Shown: one piece after another, positions 53,053 to 64,000 of the stretch
How the letters are laid out: the number at the start of each line of letters is the position of its first letter
Numbering within the stretch: the first letter of the stretch is position 1
Assembly (NCBI GenBank): GCA_951406725.2
Contig: OX597815.1
Coordinates: 107,818,001-107,882,000 of the forward strand
Direction of reading: 5' to 3'
DNA from: Octopus vulgaris
Lineage: Eukaryota
Length of the DNA: 64,000 bases
Notes under the pieces: generated by a model
What the model saw: only the letters and a program-made list of their open reading frames with translations
Told to the model about the DNA's origin: nothing
Database searches by the model: none
Position numbers and translations under genes: made by a program

Positions 53053-53599
53053 TGTATGTATGTATGTATGTATGTATGTATGCATGCATGCATATATTTA
53101 TACATATACATATATATATATATGTATGTGCATGTGTGTGCATGTATGTACATGTGTGTTTCTCTCTCCATGCCTTGACTTCACAGGGTAGTCATTAAGA
53201 AAAATCCCAATCACTCAAGCAGAGTCTCTCACTTCCAGTCTTCTGTGGAGGTATGTCTAACCATGTGAAAATGTCATCTATATTATGTACACCCTCCAGA
53301 CCTGCTGTACAGAGGCCCACAGAAGAGGCCCCATAGGAATTTGACTCGGAGTTTATTAGTTTATTCACTGCCCTCAGTTGTTCTCAGTTTAGGATCAAGC
53401 TTGAAGGGAGGCAGACTTATCAATTACATTACCTCCAATACTTGAATGGTGCTTTATTTTATTGACCCAGAAAGATAAAAAGCAAAGTTGACCTTGGTAG
53501 AGTTTGATCTTAGAATGTAAAGTGCAGCAACAAATTACTACATGGTATTTTGTCTGAAGCTCTAAGGATATTGCCAAATTGCCTCTAACATAATATACA

Positions 53600-54010
53600 C
53601 TTTTACTCTTTTACTTGTTTCAGTCATTTGACTGTTGCCATGCTGGAGCATCACCTTTAGTTGAGCAAATCGACTATTCGTTGTAAGCCTAGTACTTATT
53701 TTATCAGTCTCTTTTGCTGAACTGCTAAGTTACGGGGACGTTACACACCAGCATTGGTTGTCAAGCGATGTTGGGGTGGGGGGAAGACAAACACAGACAC
53801 ACAAACGTATACACACACACATACATATATATATATACATATATACGACGGGGTTCTTCCAGTTTCTGTCTACCAAATCCACTCTCAAGGCTTTGGTCAG
53901 CCCGAGGCTATAGTAGAAGACACTTGCCCAAGGTGCCACACAGTGGGACTGAGCCCAGAACCATGTGGTTGGCAAGTAAGCTACTTACCACACAGCCATT
54001 CCTATGCCTA
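53600..54010 (-). mobile_element. SINE family A
   Basis: Well-preserved reverse-complement copy. Confidence 0.9.
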
Positions 54011-54237
54011 TAATTGTTTTTAACAGAGGCTTGAGATTAGAAATTTGGCAAGTATGTTGAGTCAATCACATTAACCCCACTATTTGACTGCTACTTTATT
54101 AACCTTAGTAGGATTTGAACTTTGATTTGTAAATAATGTAAGAAATACCACAAGGCATTTTGTCTGTTGCTGTAACAATTATGCCAAATCACTAGATGAA
54201 AAATCATTAGAATATTAATAATTATATAATAATGGTT

Positions 54238-54448
54238 TCCAGGTTTGGTACCGGGCCCACAGTTTTTTGAGGGGAGGAAGAATTTGATTGCATTGACCCC
54301 AGCACTTGCTTGGTACTTATTCTATCAACTCCAAAAGGATAAAAGGCAAAGTTGACTTAGGTTATATTTGAACTCATGACATAAAGATGGATGAAATGTT
54401 GCTAAACATTTTGACCTGCACACTAACAGTTCTGCCTGCTTGCTGCCT
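54238..54448 (-). mobile_element. SINE family B with 11-bp TSD
   Basis: TSD taataatggtt at 54227-54237 and 54449-54459. Confidence 0.8.
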
Positions 54449-55969
54449 TAATAATGGTTATAATACTGAAATGAAATTACCATCTGCTGAGAGTTAAGTA
54501 ACATTTTTATGGAAATTATTTCATTTATTTTCAAAGTGCTTTGGACCAGTACAGTGGAAAATACTAGCCCATAACTTTTCTCTTATCAAAAGGGGAACAT
54601 GATTTTGTGATGAATGCAATCGGTACAAATTACTTTTGTGGTTTTTTTTTATTCTAAATATTTTATTCCATTTTCTGTTTTCAATTTGAAATGTTAAAGA
54701 CACTTCAAAATGGCAAGCACTTTTTGTGAATTTTTAGGGGTTCTTTTTCCTTTCATTTAAGCAACAGCAACATCAATAGAGAATTTTAGACATTTTGTCT
54801 ATTTTCTTCTTCATTTTTCCTTTTCCCTCATTTTTCTCCCTCTCTTCCTTCATTCTTTCATTGTCTTTATTTTACTCCCTTTCTTTGTTGGCATTCTTCT
54901 CTTTTTTTATCTCCTTCCTTCTTATCTTAAGATTTTTCTTGTTCTTTCTTTCTAATATCTATTCCTTTTTATTCCTAATCTTTTTATTCTTTCCTTTGAC
55001 ATTCTTCTCCATTGCGCATCTTACCATCACTTATAATAACCTTTACAATTCTCCTTCCCCATTAAAACTAACCCTTGTTTCATCACTCACAGCAACAACA
55101 ACAATATCAATAACAAGAACAACAACTGTAGCAACAACAGCAGCCCCCAACAATAACAATAATAACAACACTAATTTTGATGAGGATGACGATGATGAAG
55201 AGAATGATGAAGGTGATGATGATAAAAATCTTCCATTTGCCACAAGGGCAATGGAGGAGGGGAACATCACAAGAATACATTACAAAATGGTAAAGACTTT
55301 CAAAGAATCAATTACGAAAAAAATAAGCAAATAAATAGGCCTTGTGCCCTGTAGTAGAAATCAATAATAACAGTAACACATAGAATACTATGCTTCCTTA
55401 GTATGAAGAGCATCATTATCATCATCATCATAATCCTCATTCATAGCACATTGAAAAGCATCAATAAATGTTCTACCACCAAATGCCACCAACACCATCA
55501 CCACCACCACCACCACCAAAACCACCACCACCACCACCACCACCACCACCAACACCACTACCATCAGCATCAACAACAGCCTCTCCACATCACTATTAAT
55601 TACAGCATTTCTAATAAGCAGCAACAGCAACAACAACAATAACTGTGCTAAGGACGTCAACAGCAACAACAACAATATATCTTGAGGCCAACAAGGGCTC
55701 ATTTAATAGGTCACTTTAAACACTAGAAATTCCAGCTGAATGTGTCCTGAAATTACATACTATCATCTTAAAAGTAAGATGAGATAAGCATAGCAGCATC
55801 ATCTTTGGTTGTAGATCTGTCCAGTTAGAACTGACTTGAAACTGAACAACAACAAAGGCAGCAATATGCTATAAGCCTCTGAAAGGCTTTGAATTGGTTG
55901 TTTGATTTGCAAGAAATAGAAGCTAAATTTCTTTCAAATATGTAGTCAGGAAGAAGGAAAGAACACATT

Positions 55970-56193
55970 GGTTTCAAATTCTGGCATAAGGCCAGCAAAT
56001 TTTAATGAGGGTGTTAAATTGATTACATTGACCCCTGTGTTCAACTTGTACTTATTTTATTGACCCCCCACCACTCCAAAGGATGAAAGGTAAAGTTGAC
56101 CTCGGCAGAATTTGAGCTCAGAGCATAAAGTTGGACGAAATGCTGTTAAGCATTTTGCCCACTATACTAATGATTTTGCCAGCTTGCTGCCTT
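55970..56193 (-). mobile_element. SINE family B with 16-bp TSD, inserted in the old dispersed repeat
   Basis: TSD aaggaaagaa(c/t)acatt at 55954-55969 and 56194-56209. Confidence 0.85.
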
Positions 56194-56908
56194 AAGGAAA
56201 GAATACATTAAATGATATATTCCCAGATATACTATGCCTTAAAAAAAACTATAATGGAGATGATCATGGCTGGAATGCCTTTGATCATTCTTGAATGAAT
56301 TGACTTGGAGTTAAACATCAACAGTAGCATTACTAATACACCATAAAGCCCATCACAAGACTTTCAAAGTCCCTAATAAATTATTGGCATCACTAATATC
56401 CAATAAACACTATTGATAGAGCTTCAGCGTCATTACTACACCAACAACATCACCAATACTTCTGCAGCACAATTATCAAACTGTCAGAACCTAATGCAGT
56501 ATCAATACATTAACTCCATACAATATTGTAGTTACTTTACTTAAGCCCTTTACTCCCTACAAAACATAGGCCATTGATGACTTCTCTCTACTGATCTTGA
56601 CTCTGGGTTATCAGGGCCCCTCATTTGTTCCTTTGGAGGAAAGCTTTCCTCCCCCAAGTTTTGATGGTTTTGAATTATCATTGATGTTTCTGTAACTTAG
56701 TTTTTCTCTAGATGTGGCTGTTGGCCCTATGCAAACCCACTTTTGCTTCTAGGAAGAGGTGATCCATAATAGTCTGGTTTCTACCTTTTGACTTGTTCAG
56801 TATGGGAGGGCCTATAAGGAACTTGTGCTCCCTAGTATAACTTTCAGGGTCATTGAGATATACAAACCATCACATCACAACAAGGACTGGACCTTGTGAT
56901 GGTCTACA

Positions 56909-57150
56909 CCAGTGGTTTCCAAAGTGGGTAGTACTGCCCACTTGGGGGATGTGGAAAGATCCAGGTAGGGCGTTGAAGAAAAGTGAGGTGATAATCAGGT
57001 AGCCAAAAGGGGTCAATGGATGTAAAAAAAAAACAAATAATGGGTTGATTAGGTTAAGTTTTATTTGTGAAACACAATTGTTTTGAATTTGATGGTCTAT
57101 GTTTGTGGTAGTGAGTGGGGGCAATGCTAGGAATTCTTGCCCAGGTGCCA
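56909..57150 (+). mobile_element. hAT-type MITE, left part
   Basis: Starts cagtggtttccaaagtggg (Charlie/Buster-like TIR); right TIR not recognised. Confidence 0.45.
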
Positions 57151-57164
57151 AGGAAGTGGCAGCC

Positions 57165-58105
57165 CGTACTGCATTGTTCTGTATTATATTGCTTTGTAAA
57201 GTACTGAACAGCAGTGTAGTGTACTTTAATATATTGTACAATATTGTACTGTATTCTATTGAACTACATTCTACCATACTACATTATGTGGTACTGTACT
57301 TCATTATGTGAAGGCACATGGCTCAGTAATTAGAGCCTCGAGCTTATGATCGTGAGGTTGTGAGTTCAAATCCTGGACCGGGCTGTGTGTTGCGTTCTTG
57401 AGTAAGACACTATTTCACGTTGCTCCAGTTCACTCAGCTGTAGAAATGAGTTGCGACATCACAGGTGCCAAGCTGTATTGGCCCCTTTCCCTTGGATAAA
57501 ACTGGTGACATAGAGATGGAAGGCCTGTATGCATGGGCAACTGCTGGTCTTCCATAAACAACCTTGCCCAGACTTGTGCCTTGGAGGGTAATCTAGGTGC
57601 AATCCCATGGTCAGTCATGACCGAAGAGGGTCTCAACTTCATTATAATGTACTGTTTAATCCAGTAATATACTGTTCTGCATTGTATTGTACTATACTAT
57701 CTTCTACCACATTCTTCTTTACAGTTCTGTGTCATACTTTCCAGCTCTATATTATACTGCACCGTGCATAGTGTACAGTATCTACTCTACTGTACTTAAA
57801 GTACTGTACTGTATTACACTGCATTGAATTGTACTGCAACATACTGTACTGCATCACATAGAATTTTACTGTACAACACTGCATTACATTGCATGGTTTG
57901 TAACAGTACTGTAATGTTTTGTGTTATACAATACTCTGTTATATTGTACTCTACTCAATGTACACCATTACACTATATTGCATTCTTTTGTTTTGTACAT
58001 TACTGTACTATATTATTCTGTACTCTGCTTATTGTACTTTGCTATGCTATACTGCAGTCTCCTTTATAGTACTGCACTGTGCAGTCTTACACTTTACTGT
58101 GCTAT
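57165..58105. repeat. Degenerate pentamer (TACTG/TATTG) satellite, resuming at 59085-59160
   Basis: Directly visible; interrupted by SINE, RTE and CR1 insertions. Confidence 0.8.
57308..57635 (+). mobile_element. SINE family C with 10-bp TSD
   Basis: tRNA-like head tggctcagtaattagagc..gagttcaaatcc; TSD acttcattat at 57298-57307 and 57636-57645. Confidence 0.85.
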
Positions 58106-58247
58106 ATCATCATCATCATCCTCACCATCATCATCATCATCACCATCATCACCATCATCACCATCATCATCATCACCACCATCACCATCACCACAACCAC
58201 CACCACCACCACCACCATTGTCGTCGTCTTCGTCGTCTTCGTCATCG

Positions 58248-58287
<40 letters not shown>

Positions 58288-58498
58288 TGCTTAGCATCCA
58301 TTTTCCATTCTGGCATAGGCCGGACTGTTCAACAGGATCTGGCAAGCTGGAGGGCTGCACCAGGCTCTAGTTGTCTGTTTTGGCATGATTTCTATGGCTT
58401 GATTTCCTTCCTAACACCAACTACTTTACAGAGTGTACTGCAGTTGTTTTATGTAGCACCAGCATGGGAGTTTTTTACACAGCACCAGCACAGGTGCT

Positions 58499-58500
58499 TT

Positions 58501-58561
<61 letters not shown>

Positions 58562-59054
58562 AATTATTGTATACAGTGCTCAGGTGCACCACAACTTGTC
58601 AAAAGTGCGTATAAAGCATATGCAGTAATGTACAAATGGCTGGAAAGTGAACAGTGTATGAGTCAGATACATGCTTGCATGTGTATGGAGGGGAGAAAAT
58701 CAGGTGTAGCGTTGGCGAATCTCAGGAAGCATGGAAGTTTTGAAGGATGCAGTGCTCCGATAACTAACAACTGATGCTGGCAGTTTGTTCCATACTTCAG
58801 CAACTCTTAGCGTGAAAAAGTGTTTCCGAAAGTCATGGAAGCTGTGCTATTTTCTGACTATGTAAACATGTCCACGGGTGTTAGACAGGTGGAGTTTGAA
58901 AAGGTGCTCAGAGTTATTGTTTGTAAGATGGCTAATCATTTTATGGGTGTCTGCCAAGTCACCTGCCAGACGTCGGAGTTTCAATGTATCCAAGCCCAGG
59001 GAAGTAAGGCATTCAGAATATGGCAAATGCCTGATGGAGGGTATTCTCTTCGCT
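58499..59054 (-). mobile_element. CR1-group LINE 3' fragment
   Basis: KRIPSIRHLPYSECLTSLGLDTLKLRRL..DL..THKM..LF..TRGH and (ATT)n tail. 17-bp flanking duplication gcaccagcacaggtgct at 58482-58498 and 59055-59071. Confidence 0.9.
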
Positions 59055-60843
59055 GCACCAGCACAGGTGCTCAACCTGCACTCATTATACTGACAATACT
59101 GTACTGTATATTCTATTGTATTGTACTGTGTTACAGTGTACTTGATTGTACTATGTTCCATTGCTTGTGGACATATTCCATTACATGTTTATATTTAGCT
59201 GCCTACTGCACCTTATTTATGCCTTTAATGGAGATTAAATAAGCTCCAGTCTTACCTGACTGAATGGGCCTATGGTCAAGGGGTTTCCAGCCATGACCAT
59301 CTCGCCTTTTTTCTAAAATATTTAGGACTCCATGTGTCATTTATTATACTTCTGATGGTAGAATATAATTCTCAGGAGCATTGGTTACCATTTCTAGCAA
59401 ATTGTGTAGCTATATAGATGCTCTCTCTTTAGCTGGCTTACAGAGAAAGCTGTTTTTATATCGTAGAGGTAGGTATATGGAAGGAAGGTGAGGGTCATGG
59501 GTGGGATGAGTGTTGAATATTAAATGATTTTGGTGATGCCAGTAGCTGTGGCAATGATTATAGTGGTGGAAGCAGTGGTTGTGGCGGCAGTGGTGGTGGT
59601 GGTTGTGTTTATAGCAGAGATTGTAGTGGTGGTTGGTATTTACAGTTATGATGGTAATCTTTTTGTGATGGTTGCTGTGGTTGTAGAGTCGGTGCTGGTC
59701 ATTGCTGTAATGCTAGTTGTGGTGATGTTAATGTTGGTGATTCTAGAAGTGAGAAATGGTGACATGAGTTATATGGTGGTGGTGTTGGTGGTGGTGCTGT
59801 TAGTGGTGGTTTTGGTGTTGGTGTTGGTGGTGGTGTTAATGGTGTGCTGGTAGTGATGTTGGTTGTGATGTTAGTTGTGTCGGTGGTGGTAGTGGTGGTG
59901 TCAGTGTTGGTGGTTGTATTGTTGGTGGTTGGGTATTGCTGTGATGGTATCAGCGATAATGATGGTTATGAAAAAAACTCCAATTAACTGAATAGTTTCT
60001 ATTTTGCATCATCATCATCATCATGAGGAACAAGTCCTACTTTTGCTGTCTGTCATGTTACTGCCAACATCACTGCTGCTATCATCATCAACAACAACAA
60101 CAGCGATAACAACAAAAAGTCAACAATAAATTAAATATCGAAACCTACAATGATAACAATATTAACAATTCATAATTTACTTGAAGTATTGTTGTTTCTG
60201 TATAGAGATAGAAAGTTAATAAAAGCCAATTAACAATGCAAAGTTGGAGAAAAATAAATTCATTCAATGTTTCAACATTAACAAGCCCTAATCTTGAACT
60301 GGAAAAAAAAATTAATGAATAAATAAAAATAAATGAAAATAAACAAAAATAAATAAATAAAATATGTAAAAATTTCTTCAATGGTTTCGTTGTTATTTAC
60401 AGCTTATGTCTCATTTCAAAAATTTCAACCCTGAGATTAGAACTTATTAAAGCAGAAATTTTGAATAAATTTTCTTCCTTTTTTCTGTTTTTCACCAAGC
60501 TTTACATTGTTAAGTGGCTTTTATTACTTTCCTGTTTCTCGAATAATATCCATAACAACAGCAGTAATAGTAATGATAACAACGACAGCAACAATACCAA
60601 CAGCATTAATAGAATAAATAGCAACAACATTAGCAACCACAATAGAATCATCATTATCATTATAATCATCATCATTTGCAGAATTGTTAGAATGTCAGAT
60701 AAAATATCTGATGATATTTAGTCACACCTCTTTATTTTCTGAGTTCAAATCCTACCAAGGTCAATTTTGTTTTTCATTCATCAGGGGGTCAATAAAATTA
60801 AGTACCAGTCAAATACTGGTGTCAATCTCTATTTTTATAAACT

Positions 60844-61180
60844 AGGCGCAAGAGTGGCTGTGTGGTAAGTAGCTTGCTTACCAACCACATGGTCATGGGT
60901 TCAGTCCCACTGGGCAAGTGTCTTCTACTATAGCCTCGGGCCGACCAAAGCTTGTTGTATATATGCATATGTATATATATGTGTGTGTATTTGTGTGTCT
61001 GTGTTTGTCTCCCGCCCCCCAACATCGCTTGACAACTGATGCTGGTGTGTTCCCATCCCTGTAACTTAGTGGTTCGGCAAAAGAGACTGATAGAATAAAT
61101 CCTAGGCTCACAAAGAATAAGTTCTGGGTTGATTTGCTTGACTAAAGGCGGTGCTCCAAGTAAAAGAGTAAAAGAGTATC
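60844..61180 (+). mobile_element. SINE family A with internal deletions
   Basis: ggcgcaagagtggctgtgtggtaagtagcttgc head. Confidence 0.85.
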
Positions 61181-61589
61181 CATTTTTTTTTATACATATG
61201 AGACTATTTAATCCCACCATTGCAAGCTGAATGGAATTGTAATAGACAACAAGATAAGGCTTTAGTGAAATGAAAATCACGATAATAATCATGCATGACG
61301 ACAAATTCTTAGCAGAGCTTCTTTTCTGCAGGCTTTATTATCCAATAGAAACCACCTTTACCATTCTCTTCATCAAGCACATTTATTGACAGTGGCTAAT
61401 AACCTTACATTCAATTAACTAATGTGCATTTCAGGGATCAGTCAATTCTCCAATACTGTTATTTCCCTATATTTGCTATCTCTTCTAATTAAATACATAT
61501 ATACACACACATATGCACACACATGCATACACACGTCTCAACACATATATGCACACAGATACACACAAGCACATACATACATAAAATAG

Positions 61590-61870
61590 CTCTCCGCTGG
61601 TTACAACGATGAGTATTCCAGAACAGCCTACCCATGAGATTAATGTGCAAGTGGTTGAGCATACCCTTAATGTAGTTTTCAGAGAGATTCAGCGTGACTC
61701 AGAATATAACAAGACTGGTTCTTCGAATTACAGGTACAACGTATTTTTGCCAGAAAAGTGAACTGGAGCCAAGAGAAATAAAGAGCTTTGCTGAAGGATA
61801 CAACATGCTGCCGTGAATCGAATTCAAAGCTTTATGATTGCGAACCAAATATCCTGGCCACCAAGCCATG
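61590..61870 (-). mobile_element. SINE family C
   Basis: Reverse complement of 8205-8530. Confidence 0.7.
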
Positions 61871-62279
61871 TACATACATATGCACACATAAATGTATACA
61901 TTGCTACAATGGTGATATCACCTGACAGATCTACATCATAGTCAAGACTGCATTTAGTATTATTCAGAGCAAGAAACTAGTTCAGTTCTGCATAACTGCT
62001 AAGTCTAATAACAACATCACTAACCCTAACCTTTCGACAAAGTAAAGGAATAGCTTTCAATAAAATAAATATTATTCTATTATCTGGGATGATGCAATTG
62101 CTTCCATGTAAATATTCTGGACTACATAAACAATAAAAGGTCAAGTGACTGATAAGCAAACCTCCAGTCACCAACATGTAGTGTGTTTTATCTATCTCTG
62201 TTACTTGTATAGTATTGGCCTTTTTACTCATATGAACCTGCCATCTATGTACCACCAACTATTCAATATAAGTAAAAGT

Positions 62280-62530
62280 AAAGTAAAGGTTACCTTTTTG
62301 AGTTATGCCGACTCATAAGTGCTGGTTTCCCAGTTTCATGGCATTTAAATTCCCCACCTGGGCAGGATGCTGGTCTGTTGCAGGATTATTCATTTTTGCC
62401 AGCTGAGTGGACTGGAGCAATGTGAAATGAAGTGTTTTGCTCAAGAGCTCAACATTTCACCTGGTCCAAGAATCAAAACTCCAATCTTACGATTAGGAGT
62501 TCAACACCCTGACCACAAAGCTACAGGCCT
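62280..62530 (-). mobile_element. SINE family C-related
   Basis: gagcaaaacacttcatttcacattgctccagtccactcagctg on the minus strand. Confidence 0.7.
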
Positions 62531-64000
62531 CCATACAATCTAATATACCTGATTCACTACCTCTCATAATCTGCTGTCATAGACTGTAAACCCCAGATCC
62601 ATTTCTTTTCCAAAATCTCTGGAACTCTCTTCCTGCTCATGTACAGGTATCAACTCACAGAAAGTTACAATCTAACACCACTTTTATCATTAATATCACT
62701 AGTCAAGCTGCAAATATTCTAGTTGTGTATTTCTTCCTCAGAATATATAAAGAATAATTTCCTTTCTTGTGTTGTATACCCTGGAATGAACCAAAATTAC
62801 TAAAACAATCAAATTACATCCTAATTGTATCATAATAGGAACCCTTGAACCAACGATGAAGATTCTATGCAGTTACCTGACTGCTAGAAATAACAATCGA
62901 ATTCCCTCAAATCATACTGTACAGTCTAAAAAATAATCATAAGATAATATTTGACCTAAGGACCTTATATCTGAAAATCGCCCCCCACCAAATAAAAACA
63001 CAAATTCCAGACCAGACAGGATGGTCATGGCTATAATACATTTGATCATGTAACAGCTTGAACATTACAAGGAACCTAAGAATTTCAAAGAGTTACTATC
63101 TTTAACAAAACCTAACAATGTATTGCAATGGAAAATTGCTCCTGTATTTTAAGTGATACATTCTCATTCAAAACATGCTGAACCTTTCTAAACACCTGAT
63201 CAGTTATGTCACCTTTCTACTACATCCACTAATTTACTCATCTCATCCCTTACCTGCTTGCCTACCTATATGTCAGTCTGGCTATTTTCATTTACAACTA
63301 AAATTCTGTGTCAGCTTGGTACATTCACTACTAACTGGAATAACAAAAGTTGTATTCAAGTAATAATAACTAAGTTAATGATTTTTTTCTCTTCGTTAGA
63401 ATTAATGTTTCTAGTTTAGACACAAAATCAGCAATTGAGAGGAAGGGGTCAGCCAATACCATTGATCCAGTACTTGACTGATACTTTATTCTATTAAACC
63501 TAGATGGAATAAAGGTGAAGTGATCCCTAGGTTAATTTGATTGTTTTATCATTTTTGGTCAGCCAGAACAAAAACTGCAAAGCATTTCATCCAACATTTC
63601 GTATTGACAGTACTTGAACTGTTATTTTTTTGTGCAGATGGTGCATCTTGGTAATTATGCCCAGTCAGTATGATAATATTTGATACCTACTCATGTACAT
63701 TCTATACATCAATATAGTAAACTAACCGAGGAAATTTATCCCAGGTCACCTCCTTCACTAGAATTTAATAGTAGAGTGGGTGTTGTTTGTGAAATTGATG
63801 CAGTAAACCAATAAAGCTTAACTAGTAAAAATTAGAGAGTAATCATTACCTGAATAATGAGAGCAATCATTACCTGAATGATTAATTCTGGTTAAAACTG
63901 ACAGGGAGACAACTTCAGTATATTAATTAATTATAGGATGCAACAGAAAGTGAGTCTGACCTTTAGCAGTGTGGTGACAACTCTGGACAAGTGTCAATCT

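Noticed and set aside
54795-55334. 179-aa hydrophobic/acidic ORF
   Set aside because: A pyrimidine-rich tract, triplet repeats and a SINE remnant; no domain signal.
57919-58614. Longest ORF (231 aa, His-rich) and other poly-I/Y/V/C/H/N ORFs
   Set aside because: Translations of (CAT)n, (TA)n, (TG)n and (AAT)n tracts plus repeat sequence.
63835-63882. 24-bp tandem duplication (similar short duplications at 7249-7288 and 11549-11585)
   Set aside because: Ordinary slippage duplications with no further signal.

Overview
AT-rich, microsatellite-dense eukaryotic DNA, not prokaryotic. The SINE/RTE/CR1 repeat families look like those of an octopus-type cephalopod; that assignment is from recall and was not verified. 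I find no intact host protein-coding gene: almost every ORF in the track is translated microsatellite or antisense repeat, so the window is probably intronic or intergenic. It is a stack of decayed mobile elements: a deleted hAT/Buster element, a deleted mariner, many 5'-truncated RTE LINEs, CR1 3' ends, R4/Dong-type elements in (AAT)n, a Penelope-like RT remnant, a non-autonomous Helitron, several tRNA-type SINE families and zinc-knuckle ORF1-like remnants. The most interesting signals are RNA-structural. (1) Several sequence-unrelated short cassettes sit in (TA)n tracts and carry minimal type I hammerhead-ribozyme motifs; two are built as long inverted repeats, including a near-perfect ~190-bp-arm palindrome at 45102-45495 with a hammerhead on each strand. 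(2) The RTE 3' UTR carries tandem ~65-bp hairpin plus H-type-pseudoknot-like units. Repeat boundaries are read by eye and approximate unless a TSD or TIR is quoted.
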